64,000 nt of DNA from Myxococcota bacterium (GTDB lineage Bacteria; Myxococcota_A; UBA9160; UBA6930). The stretch spans positions 2,400,001 through 2,464,000 of the forward strand of contig OZ245002.1 of assembly GCA_965223415.1 (NCBI GenBank). The letters run 5' to 3'. Shown here one piece after another: positions 9,005 through 17,817 of this stretch (its first letter is position 1; each line of letters begins with the position of its first letter). Both the position numbers and the translations under genes were made by a program. The notes beneath the pieces were generated by a model. That model was not told where the DNA came from, ran no database searches, and was given only the letters and a program-made list of their open reading frames with translations.

Positions 9005-9681
9005 GCGAAGCCCTCGGCCAGGGCCTCGCGTCCGCCCTTCTCCCGCACCTCGCCGTGGCCCACGATCACCCGATCGAACTCCCAGCCGAGGATCTCGTCG
9101 ATGGCGGCTCGCGCCGTCGCCCCGTCACGGATGAATGCGCGGATCATGCGATGGGGACCGAAGCGATCGGTGGCCCCGATCAGCCGGTGGAAGAGACGCG
9201 CCCGGTTGCCCGGCCCGGACTTCACGTTGAAGGCGAGATCCGTCAGCACGAGCGTACGGCTCGCCGGGTGCAGGAACACCACCTCGTTCAATCGGGGCGC
9301 GCCCGGGACGAAGCGCGTCCGGATCTCCTCGCCCCAGGGATGGCTCCCGTCCTCGCCGAGCACGACGTCGAAGGAGAGGTCCTCGCGCTTCTCCGGCAAT
9401 CCGGGTGCTGCCACCAGCTGGGCATCCGGATAGGCCTCGGCCCAGTCGCCCAGGTAGAAGTGGTGCACCGCACTCGGTCCGACCAGCCAGCGCACCGCGC
9501 CCACCGCATCCACCGCAGCGCGGGTCGCGGCGTCGAAGGGCACCGGCGAGTGCAGCAGCAGGCCGCCGTCGGCCAGACGGATCACCGTCATCCGGCAACC
9601 GATGTCGCCCACCCACAGCGCAAGGGGGCGGCTGGCGACCCAGAGATCCTGGTCGAGACGCTGGAGGGCCTGCTCCTGCAT
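8992..9681 (-). CDS. DUF4336 domain protein
   Basis: RMTVIRLADGGLLLHSP, HHFYL, EVVFLHPASRTLVLTD. Confidence 0.8.
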   Translation of the reverse strand: MQEQALQRLDQDLWVASRPLALWVGDIGCRMTVIRLADGGLLLHSPVPFDAATRAAVDAVGAVRWLVGPSAVHHFYLGDWAEAYPDAQLVAAPGLPEKREDLSFDVVLGEDGSHPWGEEIRTRFVPGAPRLNEVVFLHPASRTLVLTDLAFNVKSGPGNRARLFHRLIGATDRFGPHRMIRAFIRDGATARAAIDEILGWEFDRVIVGHGEVREKGGREALAEGFAYLG

Positions 9682-9800
9682 GCCGGAAATCTAACCTACG
9701 CGGGCTAGCGGCTGCCGTTGGTCGAGCCGTCCCAGCCTCAAGCGCGGATCCCCGCGCTCCGATTCCCTAGGCTGGCCGCGCATCCTGGCAGGAGAAAAGC

Positions 9801-10301
9801 GTGCAGCACGTGCTCTGGTTCGTTCCCGAGAAGCTCGCCGGTCGTGCCGGGCCGAACCGCGAGCCCTGGGATCCCGCGGCCCTGGAGGCGGGCGGGATCG
9901 GAGCGGTGCTCTCCCTCGACACCCGCGCGGTGGACGGCGATGCGCTCCGCGCCGCCGGCCTCGAGCACGCGGTGATCGAGCTGCCCGCCGACGATTCGGC
10001 CACCGCCGAGACCGAGGCCACCTGCCTCGCCCGGCTGCCCGAGGCCCAGGCCTTCCTGGAGGCCCAGAGCAAGGCCGGCCGGGCCACCCTCGTCCACTGC
10101 AGCAAGGGTCGAGATCGGACGGCCCTGGTCTCCGCCTACTTCATCGCCTGCGCCGAAGACCTCGACGCGGACTTCGCCGTCTCGCGGATCCGCGACGTCC
10201 GCCCCGACGCTCTCTTCGCCCCCGGCTGGGAGCCCCTGGCCCTGCGCGTGATCGACGAGCTGATGAGCCGCCGCAAGCGCCGGCCCGGCCGGAGTCGTTA
10301 G
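9801..10301 (+). CDS. dual-specificity / tyrosine protein phosphatase family
   Basis: VHCSKGRDRT (HCx5R) active site. Confidence 0.85.
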   Translation: MQHVLWFVPEKLAGRAGPNREPWDPAALEAGGIGAVLSLDTRAVDGDALRAAGLEHAVIELPADDSATAETEATCLARLPEAQAFLEAQSKAGRATLVHCSKGRDRTALVSAYFIACAEDLDADFAVSRIRDVRPDALFAPGWEPLALRVIDELMSRRKRRPGRSR

Positions 10302-10305
10302 GCTA

Positions 10306-11964
10306 CTTCCCGTCCGAGAAGAGCCGTTCGTCGGCCTCTTAGTGGATCGTTGGCGGTCTTCGCGGGCGTTGAGAGTAGCGATGTCACAGCAGTCCCGGAG
10401 CCGTCGGGGTGAGTGAGCGACCGTGTTCCGATGCGCGGGCGCACGTGTCCACCGACCGAACCACTCTCAGGGGTTCAGGCGAACTCGCGAGTCAGCAGGT
10501 GGCGGGCCAAGGCGACGAGGTTGAAGCTCGTCACACTGGCCCAGACATAGGCCTTGAAGGACGCCAGGCCCCGCCAGGTGCATCGGTCCATCTGGAACGC
10601 TCGCTTGAGCGTCGAGATCACGCCCTCGATCCCCGAGCGGAAGTCACGAAGGCGCCGGAAGACCCAGGCGCTGCGCACCATCTCGTGGACCTCGAGTCCG
10701 CTCTTCTTGTTGAAGGCCATGTCTTCCACGCCGAGCGCCTTGGCCTTGGCAACGTTGTCCATGGACGCGAAGCCTCCGTCCATCGCCACTTGGCGGGGTG
10801 CCTTGCCGAAGAGATCTGCATGGCGCTCGAGCGTACGTTCGACCAGCGTCGAGTCCGTAGGGTTTCCTTCCTCGATGACACAGTCGAGGACGAGTGACGA
10901 CCTGCCGCCAGTCAGACAGACCTTGTGACCGTAGTAGGTGCCTCGATTGTCCTTCACGAGGATGTCCGAGTGCGGCTCGAAGATCGACACGATCTTCTCG
11001 GCTGCAGGGACGCGCTCGCCTTCGAGGACACGGCGACGGCTCTGATCGATGACGCGCTCGACGAGGGGAAGCACCGCGAGGAGCTCTTCGCGAAGCGGCG
11101 TCGTGTCTTCGACTCGGGCGACCCTCTCCGCGACGCTACGGGCCGCTTGGCAGACCTCTTCCGTGGCCCGGATCATGCACCGATAGCTCGCGACCAGGTT
11201 GATCGACCGCCGGTGGAACTTGATCGCGTAGGCGCGTCGCTTCACGCAACGACGACGATCCGGGAACATCTTGCGCAGCGAAGGGCGTTGCTTCGCCATC
11301 CTTCGCAAAATCCGCGTCATCACCCGAACGCTGTCCCAGAGCAGGGCCGAGTCGGCGGGCTCGTGGATGTTCGCCTCGACGACCGTCGTATCCGCCCGAA
11401 TCGTCTCGCCTCGTTCGATTCCTTCCCGGCGAGCCAGGCCGATCAACGCACGGTGGATGGCTTCCCACGTCTCGGGCCGGATCCGTTTGACGTTGTCCTG
11501 AAGGGTCTGGAAGCGGGGCCAGTCACCGAGCCCGAGTCCTACGAAGCTGCGGAAGGCGGCCGAGTCCTGGAGGTGAAACTCCAACTCCCGGTAGCTCAGC
11601 CCGTGGATCTGCTTGAGTAGGGCGATTCGAAGGACCTGATCGCCGCTGAGGCCCCGACGGCCGGTATCGGCGCGACGTTCCCCGATCAGATCTCCGTGCA
11701 CAACAGCACCCAAGCGCGGATCCGCCCCGAGGATCCTGGCGATCATCTGCAGCTCTCGGGTATGTTGATGCGGACCCCATGTGGGCGTGAGTGAGAGCTG
11801 AGTTTCTCGGAATCGGCGCATCGCTTCACCCCCCGGTTGGCGAATTGCTGTGTATGTTCGGTAGGTTGGCACCACCTAACATACACCAATCGAAACTCGA
11901 TCGGGAGGCGCGTTTGCGCCAATTCCTTTTCTTCTCAGTGACTTACGAGTTCTTGGACGGGAAG
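10306..11964 (-). mobile_element. complete ISNCY-type insertion sequence (ISDol1-like) with 7-bp target duplication
   Basis: Terminal IRs CTTCCCGTCCGAGAA (10306) / TTCTTGGACGGGAAG (to 11964); TAGGCTA at 10299-10305 and 11965-11971; single DDE transposase. Confidence 0.88.
10475..11821 (-). CDS. ISNCY family DDE transposase
   Basis: IRADTTVVEANIHEPADS, KIVSIFEPHSDI, MDGGFAS, FRSGIEGVISTLKR. Confidence 0.9.
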   Translation of the reverse strand: MRRFRETQLSLTPTWGPHQHTRELQMIARILGADPRLGAVVHGDLIGERRADTGRRGLSGDQVLRIALLKQIHGLSYRELEFHLQDSAAFRSFVGLGLGDWPRFQTLQDNVKRIRPETWEAIHRALIGLARREGIERGETIRADTTVVEANIHEPADSALLWDSVRVMTRILRRMAKQRPSLRKMFPDRRRCVKRRAYAIKFHRRSINLVASYRCMIRATEEVCQAARSVAERVARVEDTTPLREELLAVLPLVERVIDQSRRRVLEGERVPAAEKIVSIFEPHSDILVKDNRGTYYGHKVCLTGGRSSLVLDCVIEEGNPTDSTLVERTLERHADLFGKAPRQVAMDGGFASMDNVAKAKALGVEDMAFNKKSGLEVHEMVRSAWVFRRLRDFRSGIEGVISTLKRAFQMDRCTWRGLASFKAYVWASVTSFNLVALARHLLTREFA

Positions 11965-11968
11965 TAGG

Positions 11969-12114
11969 CTAGCAGGCGAGCTCGGAGGGCGGGAGACCGA
12001 AGATCAGCCAGCCGCCGCCCACGTCGACGTGAGGGAAGCCGAGGACGTCGCGCAGGAAGGCGCGGTCGGCGTCGGGGCGCTGCTGTAGAGGATGGTGTGG
12101 GCTCCGACGATCAT
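11969..12114 (-). pseudogene. VOC/glyoxalase-family gene remnant (frameshifted, truncated)
   Basis: MIVGAHTILYSS, then frame change to PDADRAFLRDVLGFPHVDVGGGWLIFGLPPSELAC*; about 48 codons only. Confidence 0.7.
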
Positions 12115-12133
12115 GTGCACTCCTCCCCTCGGG

Positions 12134-13357
12134 TCAGGATACCTCCTCCCGCCGGACGAAGGCGAGCAGCAGGAGCGCCACGGCGTTCAGGCACGCGAAG
12201 AGCGCGAAGGCAGGGGTGTAGCTGCCCAGCCGGTCCGAGGCGGCGCCCGCGGCGATGGAGCCGGGTGAGCCGCCGACGAGCAGCATCACGGTGAGGGCGC
12301 CGTAGATCTGCGCCAGGTATCGCGGGCCGAAGCAGTGGACGACGATCAGCGGGTAGACGACGTCCCGGGCGGCCGCCGCGAAGCCGTAGGTGACGATGAA
12401 GAGGGCGAGCCAGGGCTCTTCCGGAAGCGCGAGGCAGAGGATCGAGCTCGCCAGGAAGACCGCCGTGTTCACGACGGCGCCGGTCTTGGGCGAGAGATGG
12501 TCCGCGAGCACGCCGTAGCCGAGCTTCGCGATCAGGCCCATGCCGATGGCGCGGGTGAAGGCGCCGGCGGCGTCGCCGCGCGAGAGGCCTTCGTCCATCA
12601 GGAAGGTGACGAAGTGGTCGGTGATCGCCATGAAGAAGGCGAAGTAGGAGAAGAGCACGAAGCCCAGGATCCAGAAGCTGCGGGTGCGCAGGGCCTGGGC
12701 GAGGCTCAGCGATTCCTCCGAGGCGCCTGCGAGTGCCAGCGCGTCCGAAGGCTCCGCGTCGTCGGCTGCCAGCTCCTCCCGCGCGGGCTCGCGCACGGCA
12801 AACGCCGCGAAGGGGAGCAGCAGGAGCGCCGTGCCGACGCCGACGAATCGCCAGGCCTCCCGCCAGGACGCGTCGCCGGCGAGGCCCGTGGTGAGCGGCA
12901 CCAGCAGCATGCCGCCGAGGTTCGAGCCCACGTAGATCAGGCCGAGGGCCAGGCCGCGCCGCTCGCGAACCCACTTGACGGCCACGTGCCCCACGACGAC
13001 GTCGCCCACGCCCACCAAGGCGAGGCCGAGCACCAGGTTCCAGAGCAGGAGCTCACCGACGCTCTGCACCTGGGAGAGAGCCCAGCTGCACACCCCCAGC
13101 ACGCAGACCGCGCCGACCAGGATCGTGCGGGCGCCCCACTGCACGACCAGCGCGCCGATCAGCGGGCTGGCCAGGGCGATCACGAAGATGCGCGGGCTCA
13201 CGGCGGAGGCCCACTCGGCGCGGCTCCAGCCCAGGTCGTCCAGCACGAATGGCATGAGCGGCGAGAAGGTGTAGCCGAAGCCGATGGCCAGCTGGCAGGC
13301 GAAGCAGCCCAGCACCGCGACCAGGGCGCGGCCCCGCAGATCGCCGAGCAGGGTCAC
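12134..13357 (-). CDS. MFS transporter (OFA/MCT-like)
   Basis: About 12 hydrophobic segments, RRGLALG, ALRTRSFW. Confidence 0.88.
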   Translation of the reverse strand: MTLLGDLRGRALVAVLGCFACQLAIGFGYTFSPLMPFVLDDLGWSRAEWASAVSPRIFVIALASPLIGALVVQWGARTILVGAVCVLGVCSWALSQVQSVGELLLWNLVLGLALVGVGDVVVGHVAVKWVRERRGLALGLIYVGSNLGGMLLVPLTTGLAGDASWREAWRFVGVGTALLLLPFAAFAVREPAREELAADDAEPSDALALAGASEESLSLAQALRTRSFWILGFVLFSYFAFFMAITDHFVTFLMDEGLSRGDAAGAFTRAIGMGLIAKLGYGVLADHLSPKTGAVVNTAVFLASSILCLALPEEPWLALFIVTYGFAAAARDVVYPLIVVHCFGPRYLAQIYGALTVMLLVGGSPGSIAAGAASDRLGSYTPAFALFACLNAVALLLLAFVRREEVS

Positions 13358-13358
13358 G

Positions 13359-14918
13359 TCAGGGGCGCGCGGGGTAGCGCGGCGCGCCCAGAGCCAGGGT
13401 GGCTTCGAGCTGGGCGGCCACCTCGTCGAGCCACTGGCAGAGCAGGGGCCGGGTATCGCGCGGGTCGATCAGCTCGTGGATGCCGAACTCCTCGGCGCGG
13501 GGGAAGACGGACTGGGCTCGGGCCAGCTCGTCCTCGAGCTCGCGGCGACGGGCCTCGGGGTCGGCGGCGGCGGCGATCTCGCGGCCGTAGGCGAGCGCGA
13601 CCCCGCCTTCCACCGGCATGGCGCCGAACTCCGCCGAGGGCCAGGCGAAGGTGGTGCTGCCCGGCCCCAGGTGGATGCCCGCGGCCACGCCGAAGGACTT
13701 GCGCACGATCACCGAGGCCCACGGCACGCGGGACTGCATGGCGGCGGCGAGGGCTTCGACGCCGTGGCGGATCGTACCCGCCTTCTCGCTTTCGCTGCCG
13801 ATCAGGAAGCCGGGCTCGTCCACCAGGGCGATCACCGGCAGGTTGAACTGGTCGCAGAGCTCGACGAAGCGGCGCACCTTGCGGGCGCCGTCGGCGGTCA
13901 TCGAGCCGCCCTGGTGCACCGGGTCGTTGGCGAAGACGCCGACGCTGCGGCCCCCGAGGCGGGCGAGGCCCGTGACCTGGCTGCGACCGAAGAGTGGGGC
14001 GATCTCGAAGAAGGAGCCCGCGTCGACGACGGCCTCGATCAGCCTTCGCATCTTGTAGGCGCGCCGGCGCTCGCGGGGCACGATCTCGAGGAGCTTCGGG
14101 TCCCGGCGCTCGCGGGGGTCGCCGGACTCCACGACCGGCGGCGCTTCGCCGACCCGGCTCGGCAGGTAGGAGAGGAAGGCGCGGACCTGTCGCCAGACGT
14201 CGGCCTCGTCCTCGGCCACGTTGTCGACGACCCCGCTGCGCAGGTGCACCTGGGCGCCGCCGAGCTCCTCCTTCGTGAGCTTCTCCCGGGTGGCGCGCTC
14301 GACCAGGGCCGGGCCGCCGATCAGCACCTGGGCGGTGTCCTTGGTCATGATGGAGAGGTGGGAGGTGACCAGGCGCGCCGCCGGGAAGCCGGCGACCGGG
14401 CCCAGGGCCGCGCACACCACCGGCACGCTGCGGAAGGCCTCGAGCATCGCGATGTTCAGGATCGAGGGCTGGGTCAGGTCGTAGCCGGAGCGTCCGCCTT
14501 CTCCGAGGCCCGTGATGCGGGCGCCCCCACCCTCGAGCAGCCGCACCATCGGCATACGCCGCCGCGCGGCCAGCTCGTCGGCGTAGACGCCCTTCTTCAT
14601 GCCCGCCTGGGAGTAGGAGGCGCCGGCGACGGTGAAGTCGTCGCCGCAGACCACCACCGGGCGACCGTCCAGCTCGCCGACGCCGGCGACCACGTTCGCC
14701 GGTGTGAAGCTCTTCAGCCGCCCCTGGTCGTCCTGCTCCCCTGTGCCGGTGACGCCGGCGTGCTCGCGAAAGCTCCCGGGGTCGAGCAGTGCCTCCACGC
14801 GTTCGCGGACCGTGAGCCGGCCCCGGTCGTGCTGCTTCGCCACCTGCTCGGGGCCGCCGTGCTCCTTCGCCGCTTCGCGGCGCGCTCGGATGCCGCGGAC
14901 CTCTTCCTCCCAGCTCAT
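13359..14918 (-). CDS. acyl-CoA carboxylase carboxyltransferase (beta) subunit
   Basis: GRLTVRERVEALLDPGSF, DFTVAGAS, GGGARI, VDEPGFLIG, IDPRDTR. Confidence 0.9.
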   Translation of the reverse strand: MSWEEEVRGIRARREAAKEHGGPEQVAKQHDRGRLTVRERVEALLDPGSFREHAGVTGTGEQDDQGRLKSFTPANVVAGVGELDGRPVVVCGDDFTVAGASYSQAGMKKGVYADELAARRRMPMVRLLEGGGARITGLGEGGRSGYDLTQPSILNIAMLEAFRSVPVVCAALGPVAGFPAARLVTSHLSIMTKDTAQVLIGGPALVERATREKLTKEELGGAQVHLRSGVVDNVAEDEADVWRQVRAFLSYLPSRVGEAPPVVESGDPRERRDPKLLEIVPRERRRAYKMRRLIEAVVDAGSFFEIAPLFGRSQVTGLARLGGRSVGVFANDPVHQGGSMTADGARKVRRFVELCDQFNLPVIALVDEPGFLIGSESEKAGTIRHGVEALAAAMQSRVPWASVIVRKSFGVAAGIHLGPGSTTFAWPSAEFGAMPVEGGVALAYGREIAAAADPEARRRELEDELARAQSVFPRAEEFGIHELIDPRDTRPLLCQWLDEVAAQLEATLALGAPRYPARP

Positions 14919-14929
14919 CGCCGCGCTGC

Positions 14930-15715
14930 CTAACGTCGCCGGTACTTGGGCTCGCGGCCCGCCTCGCGGGCCGCCTTCATCTCGGCGTAGTCGTCCGAGC
15001 CGAAGACCAGGGTCTGGGTGGCCGCCTCGTCGACGATCGACTTCCTCACCTCGTCGTGGGCCAGGAGCCCGAGGTTGCGTCGGAACATCTTCACCGTGAA
15101 GGCGGGAGCCTTGGCGATCTCGTGGGCGACGGCCAGGGCCGCCTCCTCGAGCTCGTCGTCCGGGACGACCCGGGACACCACGCCGTGGCGAAGCGCCTCC
15201 TCCGCGTCCATCACGCGTCCTGTGAGCGCCAGATCGGCGACCAGGCCGTGGCCCGCCATCTGGAAGAGGCGCGCGGTGCCGCCGCTGTCCGGGATCACGC
15301 CGTGCTTCACCTCCGGCAGCATCATGCGCGTGCTCTCGGCGGCGACGCGCATGTCGCAGAGCAGGGCGCGCTCGAAGGAGCCGCCGATCACCCAGCCCTT
15401 CATGGCCACGAGGATGGGGGCGGGCATGCTGAAGAAGAGCTGGGCACCCCGGTGGCCGCGCTCGATGAAGTCCAGGTTGCTGATGTCCTCGGTGCGCACG
15501 CCGATCTCGGCGACGTCGCGGCCGGAGGAGAAGCTCTTGCCGTTGCCCCGCCAGAGGATCGCGCGCACCTCCGGGTGGTCGTCGTGGAGCTCCCGGAGCA
15601 CCTCCCAGAGGCGCGTGTCCATCGCGTCGTTGGCGGCGTTGTGCTTCTCCGGCCGGTTGTTGCTCATCACGGCCACCGGGCCGTCGAACTCGAGGGTGAT
15701 CAGCGCCTCGCTCAT
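14930..15715 (-). CDS. enoyl-CoA hydratase/isomerase
   Basis: NRPEKHNA, GGSFERALLCDMR, PEVKHGVIPDSGG; GGAG RBS before ATG 15715. Confidence 0.9.
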   Translation of the reverse strand: MSEALITLEFDGPVAVMSNNRPEKHNAANDAMDTRLWEVLRELHDDHPEVRAILWRGNGKSFSSGRDVAEIGVRTEDISNLDFIERGHRGAQLFFSMPAPILVAMKGWVIGGSFERALLCDMRVAAESTRMMLPEVKHGVIPDSGGTARLFQMAGHGLVADLALTGRVMDAEEALRHGVVSRVVPDDELEEAALAVAHEIAKAPAFTVKMFRRNLGLLAHDEVRKSIVDEAATQTLVFGSDDYAEMKAAREAGREPKYRRR

Positions 15716-15765
15716 CGGGATCTCCTCAGGCGGCGTGGTAGAAAGGGTAGGCCGCAGGGTCGGCC

Positions 15766-15792
15766 CAGAATTGTATATTGTATGCAATTCTG
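15766..15792. promoter_or_regulatory. AT-rich palindromic operator between divergent genes (GntR/FadR-like)
   Basis: CAGAATTGTATA-ttg-TATGCAATTCTG, 12-bp arms with 1 mismatch. Confidence 0.7.
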
Positions 15793-15837
15793 CGTATGGT
15801 GCGAGACTCGGGGCGACCCGAGCCGCGGGAGGGGTCG

Positions 15838-16800
15838 ATGTTCACGATGCGATTCGACATGCGGGCGCCCGCCTCCGGGGCGCCGATCCAGGACCTGTAC
15901 CAGGCTGCTCTCGAGATGAGCGCCTGGGCGGAGACCCGCGGGTGCCTGATGTCGATCGTGTCCGAGCACCACGGGTCTTCGGACGGCTACCTCTCGGCGC
16001 CCTTCGTGCTCGCCTCCGCCCTCGCCGCGCGGACGAGCACGCTGCCGATCCAGGTGGCCGCCCTGCTGGTGCCGCTCCACGACCCGATCGAGCTGGCCGA
16101 GCAGATGGCTGTGCTCGACGTGCTCTCGGGCGGCCGTGTCTCCTACGTGTGCGCCATCGGCTACCGCGCCGAGGAGTACGCGATGTTCGGCCGCGACATG
16201 AAGCAGCGGGGCAAGCGCATGGACGCCTGCCTCCAGGCGATGCGGAAGGCATGGACCGGCGAATCCTTCACCTACGAGGGGCGCCCGGTCAGCGTGACGC
16301 CGACTCCGCTCACGCCGGGAGGGCCGACGCTCTTCATGGGCGGCTCGTCGCCGGCCGCGATCCGGCGCGCCGCCCGCTTCGGAATGGGGATGCTGGGCCA
16401 GGGCGGGCCGCCGGAGCTGGAGCAGCTCTACCTCGATGCCTGCAAGGAGTACGGCACGACGCCCGGCATGTTCGTCAACCCGCCCCCGGACGCGCCGACC
16501 AGCGTCTTCGTCGCCGAGGACCCGGACCGCGCCTGGGCCGAGATCGGCCCCTACCTGCTGCACGACGCGAACATGTACGCCGAATGGATGGGCGCCGGCT
16601 CGGATCGCGCCAGCGGCTCCGGCGCCCTGACCGTCGATGCTCTGCGCGCAGAGAACGGCAACTACCGGATCCTGACGCCCGAGCAGGCCAAGGGCCTGAT
16701 CGCCGCCGGCGCGCCGCTCCTCCTCCAGCCCCTCGTCGGCGGTCTGCCCCCCGAGCACGGCTGGCGCTGTCTGGAGCTCGTCACGACCAAGGTCCTGTGA
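15838..16800 (+). CDS. LLM class flavin-dependent oxidoreductase
   Basis: SEHH, PLHDPIELAEQMAVLDVLSGGR, IGYRAEEY. Confidence 0.9.
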   Translation: MFTMRFDMRAPASGAPIQDLYQAALEMSAWAETRGCLMSIVSEHHGSSDGYLSAPFVLASALAARTSTLPIQVAALLVPLHDPIELAEQMAVLDVLSGGRVSYVCAIGYRAEEYAMFGRDMKQRGKRMDACLQAMRKAWTGESFTYEGRPVSVTPTPLTPGGPTLFMGGSSPAAIRRAARFGMGMLGQGGPPELEQLYLDACKEYGTTPGMFVNPPPDAPTSVFVAEDPDRAWAEIGPYLLHDANMYAEWMGAGSDRASGSGALTVDALRAENGNYRILTPEQAKGLIAAGAPLLLQPLVGGLPPEHGWRCLELVTTKVL

Positions 16801-16815
16801 ACGAGAGCCTCGCGT

Positions 16816-17790
16816 TCAGGGCTCGACGACGACCTTGCCGACGACGCGGCGTTCCTGGAGATCTCGGAGAGCCTGGGGCGCCTCCTCCAGGGAATAGCGC
16901 TTCGAGACGTGGGGCTTCAGCTGGCCGGTGACGATCAGCTCGTCGAGGTCGCGCAGGATGGCTTCGCGGGTCTCGGGCTCGCGGCTCACCATCGATCCGA
17001 AGAAGACGCCGACGATCTGGCAGCCCTTGAGCAGCGTCAGGTTGAGCGGGATCTTCGGGATGCCGGCGGTGAAGCCGATCACCAGGAAGCGGCCGTTCCA
17101 GGCGGTGGCGCGGAGGGCGGCCTCGGCGTAGTCGCCGCCGACGGCGTCGTAGACCACGTCCGCGCCAGCACCGCCGGTGAGCTCCTTGGTCCGCTCCTTC
17201 AGGTCCTCGCGGCTGTAGTCGATGGCCTCGTCGGCGCCGCGCTCGCGGCACAGGGCGAGCTTCTCGGCCGACGACGCGGCGGCGATCACGCGCGCACCGG
17301 TGATCTTGCCCAGCTCGACGGCCGCGAGGCCGACGTTGCCGCCGGCGCCGAGCACGAGGAGCGTCTCGCCCTTCTGCAGCTGCCCGCGGTGCGCGAGGGC
17401 GTAGCGCGCCGTGCCGTAGGCGTACATCATGCCGGTCACTTCCGCGAAGCCGATGCCGTCCGGCAACCGGCGCAGCCCCGCCGCCGGGAGCAGCGCCCGC
17501 TCCGCGAACCCGCCGGTGATTCCCAGGCTGCCGACCACCGCGTCACCGACCGCGACACCCTCCACGCCTTCTCCGAGCTCGCGGACCACGCCGGCGACCT
17601 CGCCTCCCGGAACGAACGGCGGCGTGGCCTTGAACTGGTACGCATCCTCGATGACCAGCGCGTCCGGGAAGGTGACGCCGGCGGCGCGCACGTCCACCAC
17701 GACCTGGCCCGGGCCGGCGACGGGATCCGGGATCTCCTCGACGACCAGGCTCTCCGGCGGCCCGAACTGCTTGCAGACGACGGCTCTCAC
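16816..17790 (-). CDS. NADPH:quinone oxidoreductase (zeta-crystallin/MDR)
   Basis: PFVPGGEVAG, GAGGNVG, GADVVYDAVGG, GKVVV. Confidence 0.92.
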   Translation of the reverse strand: MRAVVCKQFGPPESLVVEEIPDPVAGPGQVVVDVRAAGVTFPDALVIEDAYQFKATPPFVPGGEVAGVVRELGEGVEGVAVGDAVVGSLGITGGFAERALLPAAGLRRLPDGIGFAEVTGMMYAYGTARYALAHRGQLQKGETLLVLGAGGNVGLAAVELGKITGARVIAAASSAEKLALCRERGADEAIDYSREDLKERTKELTGGAGADVVYDAVGGDYAEAALRATAWNGRFLVIGFTAGIPKIPLNLTLLKGCQIVGVFFGSMVSREPETREAILRDLDELIVTGQLKPHVSKRYSLEEAPQALRDLQERRVVGKVVVEP

Positions 17791-17817
17791 GGCTCTTCCT
17801 CCGATCGGGGCGGGGTG

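Noticed and set aside
11920..11950. dif/Xer-like site near the ISNCY end (TCAGTGACTTACG)
   Set aside because: No convincing 11-6-11 XerC/XerD match; treated as IS subterminal sequence.
16798..16818. TGAAC...GTTCA hairpins joining convergent stops (also 24900-24926)
   Set aside because: Short stems partly forced by the TGA/TCA stop codons; at most ordinary terminators.
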